From: an uncultured archaeon
Lineage (GTDB): Archaea > Aenigmatarchaeota > Aenigmatarchaeia > GW2011-AR5
Assembly: GCA_964456345.1 (NCBI GenBank)
Contig: CAYVZO010000002.1
Span: 1-32,074 of the forward strand
DNA: 32,074 nucleotides
Direction of reading: 5' to 3'
The translations under genes and the position numbers were made by a program. Below the pieces are notes generated by a model that saw nothing but the letters and a program-made list of their open reading frames with translations, ran no database searches and was not told the origin of the DNA. This document shows, one piece after another, positions 16,293 to 23,310 of this stretch; position 1 is the stretch's first letter, and every line of letters begins with the position of its first letter.

Positions 16293-17492
16293 ATGGTAGG
16301 CAACACAAAGGAATTGATTTATAATCTTTTCGGGGATAGTCAAAGAATACCTACAAGCGGATTGTTCGGCGGACCGCTTGGTTGCTTTGCCAACGAGATG
16401 GTAGCAACCGGCTCTGGTGCCTACCCAATATCAGAGGGCAGGCCGATGCCGACTTTCGTATACAGGAAGGGCGAGAAAGGCAGCAAGCCTGACACACCTG
16501 GTGCAAAGCCGGGCGATTATTCCGGAGGAAAAGAACCCGGAATGCCGTACATATCAGCAAGGCCTGTTTCAGGTCCTGCAAAAGAGCCGAATACAAAGAA
16601 ATCTAACGGTAATGCTAAGAAAGGGGTGAAAAAAGTGCCAGTAGATTTGGGAAAACCATTCAAAGAAATTGGGAAGAAAATCGGAGACTTTGGAAAACCG
16701 AAGAAAAAGGCTATGCCAGGTCAACCAGAACGGAAATATACCATGCAGAAAGTTAAAGAAGAAATAGACCTGTTAAGAGAGCAGACAGGGAAACTGTCAA
16801 CATCAGAGAAAGAGATTCTATATAGTGGTACCCATTTAAATGAGGAAATAAGGAATAAAACCTATTCATTGGGAAGAGAGATAAAATATCTAAGCGGGGT
16901 TCTCAACGACGACAAAGAAAGGTTTGGCAGAACAGCTAAAGTAGGAAACAAAAAATTTGAATTAACCAAAAAAAATACAAGGAATTCAGCATCTGGTAAA
17001 TATGTTGCTGAAGCGCAAGACGGGGCTGCTGAATTCATACCAACAGCTGAAGAGGAGTATAGAAGCATCCTAAGCAATATGACGACAACAAAAGAAACAA
17101 CCAGTAGAATATTGCAAGAACTTACAGACATGTGGGATGCGGTGACGTTCCAAATGGAACGCTATGCAAAAGCTCAGACAGATATCAGAGATGCTTGGGG
17201 AACCTACGATGAACAGCTAACAAGTCTCTCAGGAATGAAGACACTGGAAGAGATGGGAAAAGAAAGTCCACTCTACAAGAAATTGGAAGAAATTGGAAAA
17301 GACGTATCAGAAGGGAAAGAGCTAGAGAAAGCATATAAAGACCTGTACGAATCTATGGAAACAACTGAAGCATTTCTTGGAGAATATGCATTCAAAGCAC
17401 GCGGATTAATAGACAGAATAGAAAGAATGGAACCAGCTGTTGACAGAAAGTTGAATGACATAAATAGCTATAACATAGAGCAGGCTTCCTAA
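16293..17492 (+). CDS. Orphan protein: LFG N-terminus, Lys/Pro/Gly-rich disordered linker, long coiled-coil C-terminal half
   Basis: About 399 aa from the ATG at 16293, which has GAGGTGA 3 nt upstream. The GTG at 16284 overlaps the previous stop and is an alternative start. ELIYNLFGDSQRIPTSGLFGGPLG is followed by KPGDYSGGKEPG...KKGVKKVP...GKPKKK and then heptad-like E/K/L-rich sequence. Confidence 0.65.
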   Translation: MVGNTKELIYNLFGDSQRIPTSGLFGGPLGCFANEMVATGSGAYPISEGRPMPTFVYRKGEKGSKPDTPGAKPGDYSGGKEPGMPYISARPVSGPAKEPNTKKSNGNAKKGVKKVPVDLGKPFKEIGKKIGDFGKPKKKAMPGQPERKYTMQKVKEEIDLLREQTGKLSTSEKEILYSGTHLNEEIRNKTYSLGREIKYLSGVLNDDKERFGRTAKVGNKKFELTKKNTRNSASGKYVAEAQDGAAEFIPTAEEEYRSILSNMTTTKETTSRILQELTDMWDAVTFQMERYAKAQTDIRDAWGTYDEQLTSLSGMKTLEEMGKESPLYKKLEEIGKDVSEGKELEKAYKDLYESMETTEAFLGEYAFKARGLIDRIERMEPAVDRKLNDINSYNIEQAS

Positions 17493-17494
17493 AA

Positions 17495-17510
17495 TTGTTT
17501 TTTCTTTTTT
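17495..17510 (+). terminator. T-rich terminator (TTGTTTTTTCTTTTTT) after the orphan operon
   Basis: Begins 3 nt after the TAA at 17490-17492. Oligo-T runs of 6 each. Confidence 0.5.
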
Positions 17511-17543
17511 CCTCTTTAATTCTAAGCCTTTTTCGAACAAATG

Positions 17544-17632
17544 GACGCACAGAGGTGCGTCAGTTCGTTAACGGCTTAAGCGAAAATGTAGCTTACACTA
17601 TTAATGGTATAGACTATCCGCGAAGCGGATAG
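17544..17632 (+). other. Cluster of four perfect palindromes/hairpins (candidate sRNA or operator array)
   Basis: GACGCAC-AGAG-GTGCGTC (17544-17561), CGTTAACG (17566-17573), GCTTAAGC (17574-17581), and CTATCCGC-GAA-GCGGATAG (17614-17632) followed by TCTTTTT. Confidence 0.4.
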
Positions 17633-17667
17633 GGTATCTTTTTATTTATCCGATATGTATTATATTC

Positions 17668-18315
17668 ATGGCTTTGGAAGACATAGGTATATTGTTGTTC
17701 GTGGATATCCTGAAGATGACTGAATATCCGGGCTCGCCTTTCACAGGCAATATCATAAATGACCTGGTAATGTTCCTTCTCGTGCCTACCATATTCATCA
17801 TAGTGGTCATCTACACGCTTGTGGGGAGATTGACTCCAAACGGCAAGATAAAATTATTGCTCAGTGTGGGAATATTCCTGTTCATAGTGTTCGGAGGGTA
17901 TTACCCGATGTTTGCCTACCTCGCAGGTCCGTACTTCCTGTTCCTGATAATATTCCTAGGCCTTATAATGTTCTTCTTCGGCCACTTCGGCCTTCGGAGA
18001 GGCGAAACTCAGCACATGCCAGGAAGGGCATTGATGGCTGCCACAGACAACTCGGCAAAAGCCTCTGGAGAAGCACTGCACCATCTGCCAAGCAGGCTTC
18101 AGGGCCTTGTTGTTGCGCCCAGCCTGAACATGAGAGACAGGGCAGAGCTGGAAAGGGCTGCCCGTGGGCTAGACCGAGAAATAGAAGACTTACAGAAAGC
18201 TTATGATAGAATGGTGGAAACCGGTGCTCACGGTACTGGAGACGTTGCATTAAGGCTTCAGGAAAAACGAAATCAGAGAAGAATGATAGAAGCAGCTCTT
18301 ACAGGTACTAAATAG
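17668..18315 (+). CDS. Membrane protein P1 (3-4 N-terminal TM helices plus cytoplasmic coiled-coil tail), distant paralogue of P2-P4
   Basis: 215 aa. FLLVPTIFIIVVIYTLV resembles the FLLPWLxTFAVxYGLL core of P3/P4. TTTTTATTTAT lies about 20-30 nt upstream of the ATG, suggesting a leaderless or short-leader mRNA. Confidence 0.65.
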   Translation: MALEDIGILLFVDILKMTEYPGSPFTGNIINDLVMFLLVPTIFIIVVIYTLVGRLTPNGKIKLLLSVGIFLFIVFGGYYPMFAYLAGPYFLFLIIFLGLIMFFFGHFGLRRGETQHMPGRALMAATDNSAKASGEALHHLPSRLQGLVVAPSLNMRDRAELERAARGLDREIEDLQKAYDRMVETGAHGTGDVALRLQEKRNQRRMIEAALTGTK

Positions 18316-18323
18316 TGGTTACA

Positions 18324-18782
18324 ATGCTCGAATTATCTTCTGAAATGGTTGCTTTGTTAACCTCATTTCTGTTCGTCTTTGCTATAATATATGCGCTGCT
18401 TATATACACGAACATATTCACGCAATCGAGGCGCTCGGCAGTGATTATATCCCTGGTTATAGCGTTCTTCTCTGTTGTCTACGGCCCCATGGTAAGCTTA
18501 CTGCAGAACATACTGCCTATAGCAAGCCTGTTGCTCGTATTCCTCTTTTTCATAGTGTTCATCAAGAAGCTTATAGAAGGAGGCGGGATAAAAGACTCAG
18601 CGCCCATAACAGTTTCGCTGGCAATACTTCTGGTTGTTCTCGCTTCTACGTGGGGTAGTCTTGGGCTCTATCTCCCTTATCCGCTAACGCCTGATACGGT
18701 TTTATGGATAATAGGGATATTCGTTATATTGCTGATATTTCTCGGCGTATACTACCATAATCCGAAGGGGGAACAAAAATAA
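18324..18782 (+). CDS. Membrane protein P2 (multi-pass), paralogue family
   Basis: 152 aa from the ATG at 18324 (the track uses the GTG at 18315, which overlaps the P1 stop). LLTSFLFVFAIIYALLIYTNIF...VIISLVIAFF aligns with P3/P4. Confidence 0.65.
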   Translation: MLELSSEMVALLTSFLFVFAIIYALLIYTNIFTQSRRSAVIISLVIAFFSVVYGPMVSLLQNILPIASLLLVFLFFIVFIKKLIEGGGIKDSAPITVSLAILLVVLASTWGSLGLYLPYPLTPDTVLWIIGIFVILLIFLGVYYHNPKGEQK

Positions 18783-18827
18783 TTAACTATAAAAGCATGG
18801 GATGATAAATATTGAAAGAGGATATGT

Positions 18828-19343
18828 ATGGCTGACATCGTAACAACGCTGATGACGCAGTTAAGCTCCATAGGGTTCTTTGAGTTCTTGCTGCCCTGGC
18901 TTTTCACGTTCGCAGTTGTATACGGCCTGCTGATGAAGGTCGGGGTCTTTGGAGATGTCAGCAAAAAGGTCTCTCCAGTAATCGCAATAGTAATAGCATT
19001 CTTCATAACACCTTATGCAGGCCCCTGGCTTGCAAGCTATTTCTCGACGCTGTCTACGGAAATAGCAATCGTGCTTGCAGGCATACTGACTTTGGTGCTT
19101 TTCGCAGGTATGATAGGCTTCAAAGCGGATGAGCTCAAGAGCAAGAAATGGGGCCTTCCCATAGTGGTCGTGATGGCTGCAATCGTGTTCTTCTTTGCCC
19201 TTGGCGGCGAGTTTACTGCAGTAACAATCGGTGAGAACACGATAATGACCGTGGTGTTCATCGCGTTCCTGATAATAGCTGTATGGTTCATAACAAGCAA
19301 CGGAAAGAAGGAAGAGAAGACACAAACAGGTGGAGCTTCATAA
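18828..19343 (+). CDS. Membrane protein P3 (about 5 TM), paralogue family
   Basis: 171 aa. MADIVTTLMTQLSSIGFFEFLLPWLFTFAVVYGLLMK. SD GAGGA lies upstream. Confidence 0.7.
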   Translation: MADIVTTLMTQLSSIGFFEFLLPWLFTFAVVYGLLMKVGVFGDVSKKVSPVIAIVIAFFITPYAGPWLASYFSTLSTEIAIVLAGILTLVLFAGMIGFKADELKSKKWGLPIVVVMAAIVFFFALGGEFTAVTIGENTIMTVVFIAFLIIAVWFITSNGKKEEKTQTGGAS

Positions 19344-19359
19344 TGAACGGGTAATTCTG

Positions 19360-19833
19360 ATGGCAAGTCCTTTTGACAGCCTGGTTCTGATGCTGAAAGA
19401 TATTGGATTTTTCGGATATTTCCTGCCCTGGCTCCTGACGTTTGCTGTCATCTACGGACTGCTTGTAAAGTCCAAAGTTCTGGGAGAGGACCAGAAGATA
19501 ATCGGGGTTGTTTCCCTTGCGATTTCCTTCTTCGTGATAGGATTCGGCAGCATCGTCCTGGGCGAGTTCTTCGCATCATTGTTCGGGATGGGAATTGTCG
19601 TGTTGTCAGTCATCCTGGTAATGGTTCTTTTCGTGGCAATGGCAGGCGGCGACGTGAGCAAGCTTGCAGAGAACAAGCAGGTAATAGCCCTGCTCGTAGG
19701 CGTTGGCATAGTAGTCATAATAGCCCTTATGAGCAGTTTCGGCTTGGTTGTCAGCGAGGAATGGCTCACCCTTCTTGCAGTGCTGGTGATGCTTGGAATA
19801 GCTTTTGCATTTATAACGAGCAATAACAAATAG
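19360..19833 (+). CDS. Membrane protein P4 (about 5 TM), close paralogue of P3
   Basis: 157 aa from the ATG at 19360. MASPFDSLVLMLKDIGFFGYFLPWLLTFAVIYGLLVK aligns residue-for-residue with the P3 N-terminus. The track's GTG start at 19330 is unlikely. Confidence 0.7.
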   Translation: MASPFDSLVLMLKDIGFFGYFLPWLLTFAVIYGLLVKSKVLGEDQKIIGVVSLAISFFVIGFGSIVLGEFFASLFGMGIVVLSVILVMVLFVAMAGGDVSKLAENKQVIALLVGVGIVVIIALMSSFGLVVSEEWLTLLAVLVMLGIAFAFITSNNK

Positions 19834-19847
19834 GAAGCATGTCTTTA

Positions 19848-20489
19848 TCAGGCTTGCCTGTTCTTCATCTCGTGTATCATCGACGAGAGCGATTCTATGT
19901 TCCTTGTTAATGAAGGCAGGAACTGCTTGAACGCTTTCTCTAGGCCTCCGACACGGGCTTCCAAATCTTCCATCTGATTGATGACGTCGTTGACCCTGCT
20001 ATCCTCTACAGGAGTTTTGATTTCTTCTGCAGGTTTTGCGTTCTTGACTTCAGATTTCAGGGTGTTGAAATCCTCTTCCAGCTTATCCATCTGCTCCTTT
20101 ATTTTCTGCCATTTTTCCTCAACAACGCCTTCAACAAGCTCTTCCACTATAATTTCCGGGGAGATGTCCTTTGCATCAGCTTCATTCATTTCCGGCATCT
20201 CTGTTTCGGAGAAAACGTCCTGTGTAGGCGTCTCTTCCTGGAACGTCTGCGTGAAGCTGCTTTCCAGGCTGCCTCTTTGCGGCTCTGCTACAATAGGCTC
20301 TTTCTTCTGGGTATCCTGGCTAACGCCCTGCTTGACCGACCTCAGCATGGCAGCCTCTATCTCATCGTAAGCATATCCCTTGGATTTCAGCTCCCTGATT
20401 ATGTCCCTGTCGCTGAGGCCGTCTCTCTGCATTGCCTGGATCTCATCCAGAGGTATTGCCTTCTTTGTCTTCTTTTTCCTGAAAAACAT
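19848..20489 (-). CDS. Coiled-coil protein with N-terminal UBA-like helical hairpin
   Basis: 213 aa. IPLDEIQAMQRDGLSDRDIIRELKSKGYAYDEIEAAM, then an acidic linker, then a heptad-rich C-terminus. No family recognised. Confidence 0.6.
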   Translation of the reverse strand: MFFRKKKTKKAIPLDEIQAMQRDGLSDRDIIRELKSKGYAYDEIEAAMLRSVKQGVSQDTQKKEPIVAEPQRGSLESSFTQTFQEETPTQDVFSETEMPEMNEADAKDISPEIIVEELVEGVVEEKWQKIKEQMDKLEEDFNTLKSEVKNAKPAEEIKTPVEDSRVNDVINQMEDLEARVGGLEKAFKQFLPSLTRNIESLSSMIHEMKNRQA

Positions 20490-20550
20490 TTCACCATCTC
20501 TTAGACAATGTGTTCTAGTTTTCTATTTATTTAATTGTTTTTCCTTGTAT

Positions 20551-20928
20551 TTAACCTTTTTTCGAAAGTATCTCTTCCAGCTCTTCCTTTGTCACGAATT
20601 CCTGCCTTATGGGGCTGAGCAGGTCGAACATCTTTTCTATCTCCTTCAGGTCCTGTTTTTTCGCGAATTTGTTTATCTGGTTGTTTATCTTTTCCAGGTT
20701 GTTCTTGAGCTTTGATATGTCGTTCGTGGCTTCGTTGACGATAACATCCAGGTCAGAGAACTTCTCGCTGATTTTGTCTGTCCTTGAAAGGTTTGCAGCC
20801 TCAAGCGAGCTCGTCTTTTCCTCGAGAATGGATATCCTTTGCTCCAAGTCGCGGAGTCTCCTGCTCTCCTCGTTCGTCCTCCTGACCAATTCCTGGAGAA
20901 TCATCTGAAACTTGGAATCCTCTGGCAT
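20551..20928 (-). CDS. Small all-coiled-coil protein
   Basis: 125 aa, E/K/L/N-rich heptads throughout (RLRDLEQRISILEEKTSSLEAAN...). Transcribed divergently from the ATPase gene across a 107-nt A/T-rich spacer. Confidence 0.6.
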   Translation of the reverse strand: MPEDSKFQMILQELVRRTNEESRRLRDLEQRISILEEKTSSLEAANLSRTDKISEKFSDLDVIVNEATNDISKLKNNLEKINNQINKFAKKQDLKEIEKMFDLLSPIRQEFVTKEELEEILSKKG

Positions 20929-21035
20929 CTAAGACCATCTCGTTTGCTAATTAAAGTTGTCTTTTCCTGTATTTTAAGTTTTAGTTTAATCGAAAAAGGC
21001 TTAAAACAATTAGAAAAAATAGTTAAGTAGTTGCT

Positions 21036-23261
21036 ATGGTCTGCGAATATGAGTATGACGAAGAGAAGCAGTGCATAAGGATAAACTGCCTGGGCTGCAT
21101 ATACGGATGTTCTATAGAAGACAGCGATGTATGCATGGCAACCACGATTGACAAGCTGATAGAGTTAAAGCGCCTGGTCCGTGTAGTTTTGGCAGAGAAC
21201 AGGGAGCATGAATACGACTTCGGGGACATAAAGCTTCTTCTGGAAATAGCAAACTCGATTGAAAGGATATCAAGGGAGGGAATAGTCGCGCTGAGGAATA
21301 TAGTGATATCCGAGTGCGAGGAAGAAGCGCCGGAACGCTACGCATTCCTGAGGAAACTGCTTAACGATCTCAGGTACGATCCTATAGAGGCTTACAAGAA
21401 CCTGTTGCGGGAGATACGCCACTCACGGACGCGGAGCGAAAAAGAGGACGAGATACACAGGAAGTGCAATGCTCATTATATAGAAAACACGCTTCTTCCG
21501 ATAAAGAGTATGCTCGACAGATGCAGGTTGATACAGCTTTCTAAAGAGCGGCTGACAGAGCACAAGGACCGCTCTCTTTACAGGAAGATATTCCACCCCA
21601 GCATAAGGCCAAACTTCATGTATACCAGGTATGTTTCGCTTCCGCCGTCGAACGCAGAGCTCATAGAGAAATATGAGTTAGGAGGCACGGATGTGGAGAT
21701 ATACCAGGTGCCCAACAACGTGAGAAAGCTGTACTACCTGATACCGCCGGAATTCAAGCTCAAGGAAAATGAATACACTCTTTTAGATACTGCACGCCAG
21801 TATCTGGGCCGGCACGAGCCGGGAGAAACGGAACTGGAGCATCCTGAGCGTGTAAGGGAGAACATATTCCGTATAGGCCTGGACATGCTGAGGGATATCG
21901 CAAGGGAGCAGAAGATAGACGTAACGGAAGAAAAGCTGGAGCACCTTGCAAACATCCTGGTAAGGTATACGATAGGTCTCGGGGTACTCGAATTGTTCCT
22001 GGAAGACGAGAACATACAGGACGTGGAGATAAACTCTCCTGTTGGCCAGCTTCCTGTATATGTTTTCCATAATAACCACCTTGAATGTGAAACGAATATC
22101 GTGCCAAGCAGGGAAGACGCGGAGTCATGGGCAACACGATTCCGTTTATCAAGCGGCCGCCCTTTAGATGAAGCGAATCCTGTGATGGATACAGAGCTTA
22201 TCGTGCCTGGCGGTCGCGCAAGGGTAGCAGCGATCACTAGGTCACTCTCGCCAGACGGCCTCGGCTTTGCGTTCCGTCGCCACAGGTTCAGGCCCTGGAC
22301 ATTCCCCCTGTTCATAAAAAACAGGATGATGGATTCTCTTTCTGCGGCAGTGTTATGGTTCACCATAGACGGTGCAAGAACGATGCTTATAGGAGGAACA
22401 AGAAGCTCAGGCAAGACAGCCTTCCTAGGTTCCTGCATGGTGCAGATAATGCCCAAGCTGCGAGTAATAACTGTCGAAGATACGCTGGAGCTGCCTGTCG
22501 AGCAATTGCGGGAAATTGGTTATAATATAGAGCGCCTGAAGTCGCGTTCCGTAATAACCCGCGTGGAGACGGAGCTTCCTGCTGATGAGGCGCTGCGCAC
22601 CGCGCTGCGTCTGGGCGATTCCTGCCTGATAATAGGCGAGGTACGCAGCAGGGAAGCGCTGGCTTTGTATGAGGCAATGCGCATTGGCGCGCTCGCCAAC
22701 GTAGTTGCAGGCACTATTCACGGCGAATCTGCATACGGAATCTTCGACCGTGTCGTTAACGACCTTACAGTACCTACAACAAGCTTCAAAGCCACGGACC
22801 TGATAGTCATATGCAATATGTTAAGGTCTCCGGACGGGCTGAACTCTTTCCGCCGCGTCGTCGAGATGACTGAGGTCCGTAAGCACTGGAAAAGCGACCC
22901 AATGGATGAGAATGGCTTCGTGAATCTGTTTGAATATTCAGCCCGCGAGGATTCGCTCAAGCCAAGCAAAACTCTTCTGATGGGTGAATCAGAAATCTTA
23001 AACAACATAGCAGAGCGCGTCCGCGAATGGAAAGGCCGCTGGGACGCTGTGTGGGGGAACATAGAACTCAGGGCGAACGTGTTCGACACGCTTGTAAAAT
23101 ATGCAACTTCAAAGAACAAGCCAGAGCTTCTGGAAGCTCCTTTCGTAATGGAGTCGAATTCTAAATTCCACTTAATAAGCAGTGCGGTTAAGGAAGAGCT
23201 GGGCGCTCTAGACAGCAAGGTAATATACGGCAAGTGGCACGAGTGGCTCAGAAACTTCTAG
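21036..23261 (+). CDS. Type IV filament/secretion ATPase (PilB/FlaI/VirB11 superfamily) with extended Cys-rich N-terminus
   Basis: 741 aa. Walker A GGTRSSGKTA, Asp box ITVEDTLEL, Walker B CLIIGEVRSREA, His box GTIHGES, and an upstream LELFLEDENIQDVEINSP motif typical of FlaI/GspE N-domain ends. The N-terminus is MVCEYEYDEEKQCIRINCLGCIYGCSIEDSDVC. Confidence 0.9.
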   Translation: MVCEYEYDEEKQCIRINCLGCIYGCSIEDSDVCMATTIDKLIELKRLVRVVLAENREHEYDFGDIKLLLEIANSIERISREGIVALRNIVISECEEEAPERYAFLRKLLNDLRYDPIEAYKNLLREIRHSRTRSEKEDEIHRKCNAHYIENTLLPIKSMLDRCRLIQLSKERLTEHKDRSLYRKIFHPSIRPNFMYTRYVSLPPSNAELIEKYELGGTDVEIYQVPNNVRKLYYLIPPEFKLKENEYTLLDTARQYLGRHEPGETELEHPERVRENIFRIGLDMLRDIAREQKIDVTEEKLEHLANILVRYTIGLGVLELFLEDENIQDVEINSPVGQLPVYVFHNNHLECETNIVPSREDAESWATRFRLSSGRPLDEANPVMDTELIVPGGRARVAAITRSLSPDGLGFAFRRHRFRPWTFPLFIKNRMMDSLSAAVLWFTIDGARTMLIGGTRSSGKTAFLGSCMVQIMPKLRVITVEDTLELPVEQLREIGYNIERLKSRSVITRVETELPADEALRTALRLGDSCLIIGEVRSREALALYEAMRIGALANVVAGTIHGESAYGIFDRVVNDLTVPTTSFKATDLIVICNMLRSPDGLNSFRRVVEMTEVRKHWKSDPMDENGFVNLFEYSAREDSLKPSKTLLMGESEILNNIAERVREWKGRWDAVWGNIELRANVFDTLVKYATSKNKPELLEAPFVMESNSKFHLISSAVKEELGALDSKVIYGKWHEWLRNF

Positions 23262-23310
23262 CCAACCACGGATTTTTATAGCAACTGTTACAAATATAAT
23301 TCAGGTAGTT

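Noticed and set aside
14741-17492. The orphan gene block as an integrated virus, plasmid or other mobile element
   Set aside because: No integrase, transposase, replication initiator, capsid-like gene or flanking direct repeat was found, and the tRNA gene is 10 kb away rather than at a border. This cannot be excluded, but I see no positive evidence, so no mobile element is called.
17614-17632. The hairpin CTATCCGC-GAA-GCGGATAG, and the 17544 hairpin, as part of a tRNA
   Set aside because: If forced to a 5-bp stem with a 7-nt loop, the loop lacks U33 on either strand. No acceptor/T-arm partners or GTTCGAATC-like box were found in the 175-nt spacer.
21734-22456. 240-aa and other antisense ORFs inside the PilB/FlaI-type ATPase gene
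   Set aside because: They lie opposite the Walker A / Asp-box coding region of a clearly intact ATPase, and their composition is typical of antisense frames.
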